Shown piece after piece: positions 17,283 to 26,598 of a stretch of 60,829 nt of DNA; position 1 is the first letter of the stretch, and each line of letters starts with the position of its first letter. The translations under genes were made by a program, and so were the position numbers. The notes below the pieces were generated by a model, which was not told where the DNA came from, searched no databases, and saw only the letters and a program-made list of their open reading frames with translations. Source of the stretch: Algicola sp. (GTDB lineage: Bacteria; Pseudomonadota; Gammaproteobacteria; Enterobacterales; Alteromonadaceae); contig JABSOG010000010.1 of NCBI GenBank assembly GCA_013216025.1, positions 1-60,829 on the forward strand, read 5' to 3'.

Positions 17283-19040
17283 TTAAGGTTGGGGTTGATA
17301 ATAAAGCCCCTGGTCTTTTTGCCACGCTTGATGGTGGTACTGAAAAAGCACTGAGGAGCCCAAATAGTTAACTTGTATTTCATTGATATTACTATAAAAA
17401 TTTGCCGGAAAAGCAAAAGCACCCAAAATGATCGCTGATGTTATCCAACTGTCTTCGACTGGAAAATGGCTTTGAGACTTAATTCTGTTTGAGGCACTTT
17501 GGCCAATTTTTGTGGCTATTGTCCAGCCCCATTCGCCAAATGATGGCACGTTTTGGCGGTATTGTTCGACGTGGCCAAACCCGGCCGCGCTGACGGTTTT
17601 GCCTATCGACTGAAACGCCCTTTTGGCATGATATGGCGAGGTTGACTGGATAACCATTGCACCGTCTCCTTGCAACAATCGACCGACCTTGGTGTAGAAA
17701 AAGTCACTGTAAAGCTTGTTTAAATCAGGATGACTAGGGTCAGGCAAATCGATGATGATAGTATCGAATTTGGCTTGTTGGGCGATTAACGGATTGATTT
17801 CGATAAAGGCATCACCGAGTATAACCTTGACCCTAGGGTCGCTAAACGCCTGTTCGTTCAGTGCCACCATCTGTTGGTTGATACGCTTGGCGCTCTTTCC
17901 TTCAAGTGAGGTGTCTTCAACTGAACCGTCTTCAATAAAGGCGCTTTCGCTAAACAGGCCAACCAAAGTGGGATCTAAATCGATTAAGGTCACCTGTTTG
18001 GGATTCCATTTGAGTACGTTGCGCAGTGCTAAACCATCGCCGCCGCCAATTAATAAGATATTGTCGTGTCTTGCCGAGGCCGCCATGGCCGGGTAGACCA
18101 GCATGGCGTGGTAAATGTGTTCATCGGCGCTCGAAAACTGCAATCGACCATTGAGATATAAATCGAGTATTGGCGGTTGGTCGACCGAGATAATACGCTC
18201 GGTAACGGCGATATGCTGATAGTTGCTTTGGGTGCTTAAAATCACCTGATCTTTATACAACACGTTGGTGAATTGCTGCATCCACGACTGGCCCTTGTTG
18301 GCCAGCAGCAACAAAATCGCCAGCAGCAAAACGTGGAACAGCACAAGTGCTTTAGCCCATTTTACTTTGTCGAAGTAACGCCATAAGAATACGCAACCGG
18401 CCAACACGTTCAGCAGCGCGGTTAATACGGCCGCTTGGGTGATGTCCATCGACAGCATGAAAGTGACCCATATGGCCGCCCCAACGCCCGCACCTATGTA
18501 GTCTGCACCGTAGATAGTACCCGCGTTATTTTCTAAAAATGTGCCGTAAACCTGTTGTCGTACTCGGGCGATGAGCGGTATTTCCATACCGATTAAAAAA
18601 CCCAGCAAAAATCCGGCAAAGTAAGGGGTGAACTCTGCCATTTCTTGAAGATTGATCAGAATATTGCCATCGAGTACGGTGCCCGGCGGCAGGTTGAAAA
18701 TGTCGGTTAAAACTTGGGGCAGGGTGCCAATTAGGGCAATGAGTCCGGCGATTAATAATATCGCCGACATGCCGACCAGCGCGATAACAGCTTCGAGCCA
18801 GGCAAATGCAGTGAAAGGGTGTTTGAACAAGCGAGCGGCAAATGCGCCGATGCCCATAGAGACAATCATGATACCAATCATGGCGTAGATCGCGGTTTCG
18901 ACCGCGCCCAGCACCCGACCGGCATAGTGGGATAATAGGTATTCGTAAATCAAACCGCAGGCGGCTAACACGGCCATGATGCCGATCAGAATGACATCAT
19001 GGATGAATAACTGCCTTTTGGCGGGCATTGCTTGGTCCAT
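17283..19040 (-). CDS. Membrane-anchored polyamine aminopropyltransferase (spermidine-synthase-like)
   Basis: 585 aa. About 7 N-terminal TM helices, then the spermidine synthase fold with LLIGGGDGLALRNVLKW and IIIDLPDP motifs. Confidence 0.85.
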   Translation of the reverse strand: MDQAMPAKRQLFIHDVILIGIMAVLAACGLIYEYLLSHYAGRVLGAVETAIYAMIGIMIVSMGIGAFAARLFKHPFTAFAWLEAVIALVGMSAILLIAGLIALIGTLPQVLTDIFNLPPGTVLDGNILINLQEMAEFTPYFAGFLLGFLIGMEIPLIARVRQQVYGTFLENNAGTIYGADYIGAGVGAAIWVTFMLSMDITQAAVLTALLNVLAGCVFLWRYFDKVKWAKALVLFHVLLLAILLLLANKGQSWMQQFTNVLYKDQVILSTQSNYQHIAVTERIISVDQPPILDLYLNGRLQFSSADEHIYHAMLVYPAMAASARHDNILLIGGGDGLALRNVLKWNPKQVTLIDLDPTLVGLFSESAFIEDGSVEDTSLEGKSAKRINQQMVALNEQAFSDPRVKVILGDAFIEINPLIAQQAKFDTIIIDLPDPSHPDLNKLYSDFFYTKVGRLLQGDGAMVIQSTSPYHAKRAFQSIGKTVSAAGFGHVEQYRQNVPSFGEWGWTIATKIGQSASNRIKSQSHFPVEDSWITSAIILGAFAFPANFYSNINEIQVNYLGSSVLFQYHHQAWQKDQGLYYQPQP

Positions 19041-19067
19041 CGACTTAGCAGCGAATAAAAGTGATTA

Positions 19068-19967
19068 TTAGGTCAATAACGATGCCATTGTCAGGCCGAT
19101 GGCCAGTGCTACAGCGGCTTCTATTGCGGCTACGCCCAGGTTTTGCTGATTGTCGACTTCGTCAGACAGGTTAACGCCGGGCAAAATCATCTTCATCGCA
19201 AGTACTTTGAGCAGTGCAAATACGCCGCTGATCACAACCGCCATGATGGCCCAGTAAACGACTGCCATCCACACGTTTTCGGCATCATATGGGACAAAAC
19301 CAGACGCGGCGGTAATGGCCAAAGCGGTGCCTGTCAGATAACCGGCATAACGTAACGCCAACGCGGTATTGCCATCTTCAAGGGCTTGTTGCATACAGCT
19401 TTTGCCATCTTCGCTTTTGACTTGAAATAATTTAACCCGATATTTAGATGCCAGTGTCAGCACAATTTGTGAAACCACAAATCCGGCAACGATAATGGGC
19501 AATGCCATAAAGCCTTCGGTTTCGACCCAAATCATTGAGGCACGAATGACGATACCGACTGCAATTACGTTGCCTACATCGACGATGGCAGCGGCAAGGT
19601 TGCCCTTGGCGATTTGGTCATGCAAGGATACTTGAGACAATACCAGTTTGTCTTGTATCCAACGACCGGCGGTGATCAACACCAAACCAACGACACCAAA
19701 AACGGTCATGTTGATTGCTTCGTCGACTAATGATGCGCCAAAGTCGCCCATACTGGCACCGGTGAGCATAATCGCCAGTGCGGCAATACCACCGGCAAAT
19801 GAGACGCCAAAAGCGAAGTTGTCTTCGCTGGCAATTTCGTCAGTGGCGTGAACATTAGAGACCAGCCCCTTGACCAAACGCAGACTGACAAACAGGATAA
19901 AAATGATGACAAAATCTATGGCTAATGCCTGTAGATTCCAGAAGTTAATGTTATTAAGTAAGCTCAT
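19068..19967 (-). CDS. Multi-repeat DUF350 (YjfL-like) membrane protein
   Basis: 299 aa. Three repeats of the DUF350-type pattern (E.DNFAFGVSFAGG, IAKGNLAAAIVDVGN, LEDGNTALALRYAGY), each followed by TM segments. Confidence 0.75.
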   Translation of the reverse strand: MSLLNNINFWNLQALAIDFVIIFILFVSLRLVKGLVSNVHATDEIASEDNFAFGVSFAGGIAALAIMLTGASMGDFGASLVDEAINMTVFGVVGLVLITAGRWIQDKLVLSQVSLHDQIAKGNLAAAIVDVGNVIAVGIVIRASMIWVETEGFMALPIIVAGFVVSQIVLTLASKYRVKLFQVKSEDGKSCMQQALEDGNTALALRYAGYLTGTALAITAASGFVPYDAENVWMAVVYWAIMAVVISGVFALLKVLAMKMILPGVNLSDEVDNQQNLGVAAIEAAVALAIGLTMASLLT

Positions 19968-20036
19968 TGTTATGTATTCCTGATCTTTATTTTATTTATT
20001 ACTAACCACGACTTTATATGGGGCATTTTATACGGA

Positions 20037-20996
20037 TCACTTGCCGCGACTGCTGCCGCGTGAAGTACGTGACGAACCACTGCGAACACTGCCACTATTA
20101 GACGAAAACACCGACTTTTTGGCAAACGAACTGCGTTTTGCCGGGGTGTGGCTGGCACGGCTCAGGCTCGACGAACCGACTCGACGTTTAGAATAAGGAC
20201 CCGTGAAACTTTTACCTCGGGCAGCAAAGGATTTTTTGGTTTTGCTATACAACTTTTGCTGTGTTTGTCTTTGTTTGGGGCTTGAATAACGATTGCGACC
20301 GTAGTCGCTGTAATAGCTGTAACCTCGGTTACGTCCCCAACCGCCGTAGTCGTAGCGATTATAACCCATGACGTTGCTGAACATTGAATACATGCCATAC
20401 CAAGCCCAAAAGCTGGTGCCGCCAGAGCCCGTTTGCCAGTTGCCGTAATTGGGGTTGCCGACTAATTGACTGCCAGGCCCCTGACCTTGGGACTTGTTGG
20501 CCGACACTTCGCTTTCGCGACTGATGGCATTAATACGGGGTAAAGTGCCATCGGACATATCTGCCAATACATTGATGGGATCAGATAGGGCATCGTTAAA
20601 CAGACTGAGTTGCGCACCTTCAGAAATGGCTTGCAGTTCGTTGATCCGCTGGTTTGGGTCGGCAAAGGCCTTGGCGTTGTTCTTGGCTTGGTCAAAGCGC
20701 AACACCAAGTTACTGTAAAGTGGCCCTTTGACGGTTGCATCTTTGGCTAAATGGTCAATTAAGGCGCCCAATTCTGGCTTTTTGGCTTTTAGCGTTTCGG
20801 CATATTGCAAGAGGATGGTGGTATTGCGAATACGTTTGTCATCAAGTGCCTTTTCGAGTTGTTGCAAGGCGGCGGCGGTGGCGCGGGCCTGCTGTTCGAC
20901 AGCTTTTTGAATTTGCTCTTCTTTGGACGTACAGGCCGTCACTAACAAAGTTAGTGTGATCAGCGTCAACAAACGTTTGAGACTGGGTTTCAACAT
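20037..20996 (-). CDS. Lipoprotein with a low-complexity Gly/Ser/Arg/Tyr-rich C-terminus, first gene of the Psp-like operon
   Basis: Lipobox LLVTAC. Helical N-terminal half. C-terminal GWGRNRGYSYYSDYGRNRY...SGSSRTSRGSSRGK. Confidence 0.65.
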   Translation of the reverse strand: MLKPSLKRLLTLITLTLLVTACTSKEEQIQKAVEQQARATAAALQQLEKALDDKRIRNTTILLQYAETLKAKKPELGALIDHLAKDATVKGPLYSNLVLRFDQAKNNAKAFADPNQRINELQAISEGAQLSLFNDALSDPINVLADMSDGTLPRINAISRESEVSANKSQGQGPGSQLVGNPNYGNWQTGSGGTSFWAWYGMYSMFSNVMGYNRYDYGGWGRNRGYSYYSDYGRNRYSSPKQRQTQQKLYSKTKKSFAARGKSFTGPYSKRRVGSSSLSRASHTPAKRSSFAKKSVFSSNSGSVRSGSSRTSRGSSRGK

Positions 20997-21222
20997 TGCT
21001 TTGCCCCCATTATATTCCCCTGTGTGGTTTTTTGGCTATCGCATAGTGTGACACACAATGTCAAAGAAACACGGCTTTTTCAAGTATTATCTTGTAACAG
21101 CTGATAACAGTAGATGACCGCTAATCGCTGATAGCTTGCCGTTGAACGGATTAGTCTTCGAATTGGGATGATTCATGCTAGTTTTTAAGTTGGACGTAGA
21201 GGCGGTATCAAAAGGTATTATC

Positions 21223-21948
21223 ATGATTTTACGAGTAATTAAGTTATTTGCAATGTGTTCATTGTTGTCGATTGTGACCAGTTGCGTTAGCAATGATGTG
21301 GTTGATTACCAAGCGTTGGCACCTAGTATCAGCCAGCATCCCGGCGGCATTGTGCAAGTGTACGCTGCTCGAACATGGGGTGCAAAAGAAGCATTGGCAG
21401 TTCACACTTGGATCAGCACCAAAAAGGCTGGTGAAGACCACTACACCAGTTACGAAATCATCGGTTGGCGGTTAAGACACAACAGTTCAGCACTGGTGGT
21501 TAGAAAAACCAAACCCGACCGCGACTGGTGGGGTCACGCGCCCCAATTATTGCTCGATTACCGCAAGGACAATGCCAATGAGGTGATTGACAAAATCAGA
21601 CAAGCGGTGACCGATTATCCCTTCAAAGATACCTACCACGCTTGGCCTGGTCCAAACAGCAACACTTTCACCGCATATATAGGCAAAGAAGTGTCAGAGC
21701 TGAGGATGGATTTACCTTCAACGGCCATCGGCAAAGACTATCGCGGCATCACCTACATTGTTGGCATGTCGCCCAGCGGCACCGGCATTCAGGCTTCATT
21801 TTTTGGTTTACTCAGTTTGACCTTGGGTTATGAAGAAGGGTTCGAGCTGAATATTCTGGGCTTGAATGTCGAAATCGACTTGTTTGATTTGGCTATTGAG
21901 TTGCCGGGGATTGGGCGGATAGGGCCAGATCCGGTTGAACAAGAGTAG
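21223..21948 (+). CDS. Lipoprotein, DUF3750-like
   Basis: Start at M17 (MILRVIKLFAMCSLLSIVTSC, lipobox-like). The HTWISTK....YTSYEIIGWR and NSNTFTAYIG patterns match DUF3750 as I remember it. Confidence 0.55.
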   Translation: MILRVIKLFAMCSLLSIVTSCVSNDVVDYQALAPSISQHPGGIVQVYAARTWGAKEALAVHTWISTKKAGEDHYTSYEIIGWRLRHNSSALVVRKTKPDRDWWGHAPQLLLDYRKDNANEVIDKIRQAVTDYPFKDTYHAWPGPNSNTFTAYIGKEVSELRMDLPSTAIGKDYRGITYIVGMSPSGTGIQASFFGLLSLTLGYEEGFELNILGLNVEIDLFDLAIELPGIGRIGPDPVEQE

Positions 21949-21958
21949 TTGCGAGAGG

Positions 21959-22030
21959 CCAGATATCTTATTTAACCTCGAAGCCAACGCTTTTGAGGCT
22001 AGGTATTTGGCACAAAATAACACCGTTTGA
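21959..22030 (+). repeat. Left direct repeat of the defence islet, a truncated relic of a higA-like 3' end
   Basis: 72 nt reading PDILFNLEANAFEARYLAQNNTV-stop. The first 30 nt are identical to 28773-28802, with a 6-nt in-frame deletion and a few substitutions after that. Confidence 0.8.
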
Positions 22031-22064
22031 CAATACGCCGCTGCCCCAGATATTTTACTTTGGT

Positions 22065-22092
22065 TTGGCACCTTCCTTATAACCTGTATAAT
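22065..22092 (+). promoter_or_regulatory. Candidate sigma70 promoter of the SIR2-ATPase/HNH operon
   Basis: TTGGCA-N16-TATAAT, ending 38 nt upstream of the ATG at 22130. Confidence 0.45.
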
Positions 22093-22129
22093 GCCAGCAT
22101 AATCATAACGCCATGAGACGGTATACCTG

Positions 22130-24751
22130 ATGGATGCTGTAAAAATCCCTGCAAGTTTAAAGCTGGCTTTGCAAAACCGCACGCTGGTGCCTTTTGTTGG
22201 TGCTGGGTCGTCGCTCTCTGTATTAAACAAGGTTACCGGTAGGTCACTGTTTCCCAGTTTTTCTCAATTATTTCATGCAGCGGCAGACGAACTTGAGAGG
22301 GAGCAGAAAACTTCAGCAGCAAGCGCTATCCGTGCCAGCTTGGACTACATGGAAGAAGATTCTTTTATCAGGGCTGGAAAAATAGCCCAAAAAGAGATGG
22401 GAAAACCCCAATGGGAACAGTTTTTAAAACAACATCTTGATCCAGAGCAAAGCGATAGTGATCCAGAAAGTATGGATATTGCCAAAACAGTCTGGCAATT
22501 GGGCAGTAAGCTAGTTGTCACCATGAACTACGATAAAGTGTTGGATTGGAGTTGTCCTGCACATTGGCAAGATGACTTGATACATTGGTCAACTGAAACC
22601 TCATTTGACCGCATGCGGGCACTGGGAGTTGCTTTTCAGCACCCTACAGTGTGGCACCTGAATGGCCAAATTGGTGATGTAGATAAAGCCATCATGTCAC
22701 CTTATGAGGATCGGGGCGGACTGTCCGGGTTAAGCAGTTTGCTCAGCACACGTTCGTTATTGTTTATTGGTTTTGGCTTTTCGGATATTGTTTTTAATCA
22801 GCAACTTAAACTCAGTGAAGGTAATGGCCGCAAACACTACGCACTGATTCATGCCCGGCAACAGCAAGCGATTGATGACCTTGAGTTACCGCTCGAAACC
22901 CTTGTTTTTGACAATTACAGTGACTTGCCTGCGATCTTGTTACAACTGGCCAGTTTTGTCGAAGACGATAAACCCGCAGCCAATAGCACTGAGTCAACTC
23001 AAACCCGTATCACTGCTTTGGTACAAACAACACAACAAAACCCTAAACAGGCAGCACGCTTAACTGAGTTTATCGAACAGCAGGCTTCACTTATCACAGT
23101 GAATGTTGCTCAGTTAAGTGACAAACTTGCTGGTGTGCAGGTTATTTCAGAGCTGGTGACCATTGTCGATGCAGTGAATTATCAAGCTGTATTTGCGGCT
23201 ATTAATCCTTTACTCGCAGTAGTGCGAGCTAAGCGTCTACCTTTATTGATTTATTTGGCTAACCCCGTGACACCAGAAGCCCTCGCTAAAATTGAAAAAA
23301 CAATAATGCAATCTTTGCCTGATATCAGTTTTCTGTTGAAAATCGCTGATAGTGACAAACAATTTTCAGCTTATTATGCACAGATTCAAGCAGGCATTGA
23401 ATTTCAAAAAACTGTGCCTGTGGTGCGATTTAAACGATTGACCTTGCAAAATATTGGCGTGTATCAAACCCTAGATATTGAGTTTCGTGAGCGTGCCACC
23501 GTTATCATCGGTTTAAATGGCGCGGGTAAGACGACGATATTAAAAGCACTGACCTTAGCTGTGCTTGGTCCAGACAATGCCAAGATAGACCAGAGTATGG
23601 CCGGTTCGCTTTTAAGGATAACCGGCAAAAAAGACAAACAGACAATATGGGACAAACAAGCTCAAATTACGCTGGTCGCCACAAAAAATGGCAAACCCTA
23701 TGAGAACACCATTACGCTGCGTTATAACCCTGCAACAGAAATGATTGAAGCGCAGGGCAGTCGTTTTGAGGCATTGTTTTTTGGTGATCATCAACTGATT
23801 AATCTGATTTTGGGTATTGGTGAGCAACGTAATTCCAGCATCAACAAACAGCAAAGTAATGGGCTTGAGCAGTTCCATCCCAAAGTGCGTGATTTATTAC
23901 CCATCATTCGGGGTGAAGAGATCTCCTGCATTGGTCATTTTAAAGATTGGATTGGTAATCTTGAATTAGCGGCATTAAATGGCAAAACCGGTCAACGACG
24001 ATTAATCAATGTCACTTTTGCGATTTTTGCCGCGCTGATGAAAGAATCCATTCACTTTGCCGGACTCACCCAAATTGACCCGCTGGAATTATGGGTGGAA
24101 CATCAAGAACCAAAACAGTTGGTGCCTTTGCAACTGGCGAGTCAGGGTTATCAGGCCGTTATGGGTTGGGTCGGTTTCATTGTTAAGCGCATGTTTGAAG
24201 CCTACGAACGGGCCCTTGAGCCATTACAACAGCCTGCCATTATTTTCATTGATGAAATTGACCAGTTGCTGCATGTAAAGTGGCAACAGCAAATACTCAA
24301 CATTTTGGCTGACACATTTTTCCCCAATACCCAATGGATTGTGACCACCCACTCGCCAGTAGTGGTTGCGGGATTAGAGCAAGACCAGGTGATCCAATTG
24401 CTGCCAAAAAATGGCGTCATGGTGGCAGAGCACAATGAGGTTGATTTGTGGTTATGGCAATATGGCGACGTGGTTAAATACCTTTTTGGTGTGGTGCCGA
24501 TAGAACCCAAAGTCTATGAGTCACAAATTAGCGCTGATATTGCCAACATAAAACATCAAGACACGGCCACACAGCCGTTAACATCAGAGCAGCAGCAGCA
24601 ACTGCAAAAGCTTGAAGACCAGCTTAGCAAGGTGCAAAAAAGTCGAGCTTTTGTTGATAAAGTCTATAAAGAGCAACAAAACCTGCGTGCCCGAGAGCAA
24701 GAGTTGAAGGCATTAATCGAAACGCTCAACCAACAAAATCAGCAGGGTTAA
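22130..24751 (+). CDS. SIR2-like (SIR2_2 type) domain fused to an ABC/PtuA-like ATPase with a coiled-coil tail
   Basis: 873 aa. SIR2 motifs LVPFVGAGSS (aa 19-28), VVTMNYD (129-135), WHLNG (175-179), LLFIGFGFSD (210-219). ATPase motifs: Walker A GLNGAGKTT (461-469), QLASQGYQ, Walker B IIFIDEIDQLLH, VTTHSP. Q-rich coiled coil at the C-terminus. Confidence 0.8.
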   Translation: MDAVKIPASLKLALQNRTLVPFVGAGSSLSVLNKVTGRSLFPSFSQLFHAAADELEREQKTSAASAIRASLDYMEEDSFIRAGKIAQKEMGKPQWEQFLKQHLDPEQSDSDPESMDIAKTVWQLGSKLVVTMNYDKVLDWSCPAHWQDDLIHWSTETSFDRMRALGVAFQHPTVWHLNGQIGDVDKAIMSPYEDRGGLSGLSSLLSTRSLLFIGFGFSDIVFNQQLKLSEGNGRKHYALIHARQQQAIDDLELPLETLVFDNYSDLPAILLQLASFVEDDKPAANSTESTQTRITALVQTTQQNPKQAARLTEFIEQQASLITVNVAQLSDKLAGVQVISELVTIVDAVNYQAVFAAINPLLAVVRAKRLPLLIYLANPVTPEALAKIEKTIMQSLPDISFLLKIADSDKQFSAYYAQIQAGIEFQKTVPVVRFKRLTLQNIGVYQTLDIEFRERATVIIGLNGAGKTTILKALTLAVLGPDNAKIDQSMAGSLLRITGKKDKQTIWDKQAQITLVATKNGKPYENTITLRYNPATEMIEAQGSRFEALFFGDHQLINLILGIGEQRNSSINKQQSNGLEQFHPKVRDLLPIIRGEEISCIGHFKDWIGNLELAALNGKTGQRRLINVTFAIFAALMKESIHFAGLTQIDPLELWVEHQEPKQLVPLQLASQGYQAVMGWVGFIVKRMFEAYERALEPLQQPAIIFIDEIDQLLHVKWQQQILNILADTFFPNTQWIVTTHSPVVVAGLEQDQVIQLLPKNGVMVAEHNEVDLWLWQYGDVVKYLFGVVPIEPKVYESQISADIANIKHQDTATQPLTSEQQQQLQKLEDQLSKVQKSRAFVDKVYKEQQNLRAREQELKALIETLNQQNQQG

Positions 24752-24754
24752 CTC

Positions 24755-25573
24755 ATGCATTATGTGAGGCGAAGTGAGCAACCATCATTACTGACGGAAC
24801 ACCAACACGAGTGGACAACACCTTGGCTTGCCTACTTTGAATGGCAACAATCCAGCGATATTGAGCGGCCAAAAAAACCGACAACCGCACATTGGCTCAA
24901 AGAGCAAATTCGGCGCCCGTTGATTAGAGATTTTCAAAATAATTGCGGTTATTGTGGTGAGGTATTACCCACGCCCATGAGTTTTGAAAGTAAGCTTAAC
25001 TGTGATGTCGTCAGTTGGCTCAGTAAAGGAGATGTTGACCATTTTTGGCCAAAAGCCACTTATCCAGAACGGGTCTACCAATGGTTTAACTATATTTGGT
25101 GCTGTAAACCGTGTAACCAACATAAAAGAGAATTCAGCAGTAAGGTGGCATCACTGTTAAATCCTTGTGTGGCAGAGGATTGTAAAGGGGTTTTCTTTGA
25201 CAGTAGCACAGGCCGATATTGCCTGACTGCCAAATTGGTCAATGACCTGAATTGGCAGCAACGACTCGATAATAGTCAACTCTATACCATGCTAAATGCT
25301 GATGAAATATGCCACAGGCGCAGCCACGAAATAATGACATTACAAGACCGTTTTATATCGTTGGACGAGAGTATTAAGACTATCAATTTACTGGGCGGGG
25401 GCTTGCTCACTGGCGCAGCAGATGTTATTGAGAAACAACAACGCAGCCAGAAAAAAGACATTGCCGCCATCGGCAGGGTTTTAAAATACCCTGCTTACAA
25501 AAGGCTTATTACCGCACAATATCAACTGTTATTACAACAATTCCCAGCCGTTAAATCAGTGTTGGCGGGTTAG
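24755..25573 (+). CDS. HNH endonuclease, PtuB-like (TIGR02646-type pattern)
   Basis: 272 aa, starts 3 nt after the upstream stop. CGYCGE ... DVDHFWPK ... NYIWCCKPCNQHK. Confidence 0.75.
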   Translation: MHYVRRSEQPSLLTEHQHEWTTPWLAYFEWQQSSDIERPKKPTTAHWLKEQIRRPLIRDFQNNCGYCGEVLPTPMSFESKLNCDVVSWLSKGDVDHFWPKATYPERVYQWFNYIWCCKPCNQHKREFSSKVASLLNPCVAEDCKGVFFDSSTGRYCLTAKLVNDLNWQQRLDNSQLYTMLNADEICHRRSHEIMTLQDRFISLDESIKTINLLGGGLLTGAADVIEKQQRSQKKDIAAIGRVLKYPAYKRLITAQYQLLLQQFPAVKSVLAG

Positions 25574-25739
25574 GCGGCTGTTCGAGAATAGTGCGTTCAA
25601 TGACATTAAATTTAAATTACGTCTTACTGGGCTGGCGTATTAGTCCGCAGAGGCGTTGGTAATATCACCGTAATGGTGGTCATCAACGTTGTTGTACTCT
25701 TGCACAGAGCCTTACTTAATTAGGCGAATCAAGTACAAA

Positions 25740-26597
25740 TTACGCATTACCTAGGCCAAGGGCTTGAATAAAACCACCTGCACAGAATTCTTCGTTTTTA
25801 GCCAATGAACCAAGTAAAGAGGAGCGCCAGTCATTTTTCCCCATTTTCCTTGTGTAGTGTTCATCTTGTTTAATAAGCAACTCTTTTACTGCTGCTGCAT
25901 CCTTCTCTTCGCCAAAAGCCATTTCAAGCGGCACGGCTTGCCCAGTAAGCAAGATATTGATCTCTTTTTTCAACCTGTCTGAAAGTAGCACTCTGTTACA
26001 TTGAAAATTAAGCATTTGATAGACGTTTTTTTTGAGTGTTGGCGTACGGTCAATTTGAAACTCAACAGTTAGTGCGCCATCAATTATCTTGGTGAGCGCA
26101 GTTAGAAATCTTTCATCTTGCGGTACTTTGTCATAATAAGCATGAATAAAACTATTTTGAGGTGTTTCACCAGCCACAGCACGTTTTTTGTTATTACACT
26201 TGTGACACATAGGTATCAAATTACTTGAGTAGATAGCAAGTAATTCATATACAGATTCAGGAAGATGATGATCTAAGTCTTCAACAGTGCTTATACTGCA
26301 TACAGGACAACGATTTGAGGCGAGTATCAGACGAGATCTTAATGCTGCCAGCCTTCTTTTGACCTGAACTTCCTTATATCCTTCCTTTACTGCTGCTTTG
26401 GTTGCGGCAGTAAACCCCTCACCCAATAATGGCTGTTGAGCCCGACCAGCCAATTTTTCATAAAGCTCATATAGCTCTTTGATTGCCGCAACTTCTTCTT
26501 TAGTAAGTTCATATTTTGCTTTGCCATTACAATACGTCAAAGCAGTTTTGAGTTCTGCAATTGCATTTTTATTAGAGGGTAAAGGCAATGTCCACAT
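25740..26597 (-). CDS. HNH endonuclease, second PtuB-like protein
   Basis: Start at M10 (MWTLPLP), one nt after the upstream stop, with a GGGGAAGG SD. CPVCS...DLDHHLP...NLIPMCHKCNNKK. Confidence 0.75.
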   Translation of the reverse strand: MWTLPLPSNKNAIAELKTALTYCNGKAKYELTKEEVAAIKELYELYEKLAGRAQQPLLGEGFTAATKAAVKEGYKEVQVKRRLAALRSRLILASNRCPVCSISTVEDLDHHLPESVYELLAIYSSNLIPMCHKCNNKKRAVAGETPQNSFIHAYYDKVPQDERFLTALTKIIDGALTVEFQIDRTPTLKKNVYQMLNFQCNRVLLSDRLKKEINILLTGQAVPLEMAFGEEKDAAAVKELLIKQDEHYTRKMGKNDWRSSLLGSLAKNEEFCAGGFIQALGLGNA

Positions 26598-26598
26598 T

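Noticed and set aside
21808-22230. 140-aa minus-strand ORF spanning the left islet junction
   Set aside because: It overlaps the 3' end of the DUF3750-like gene, the repeat relic and the 5' end of the SIR2-ATPase gene. It has no SD or recognisable motif.
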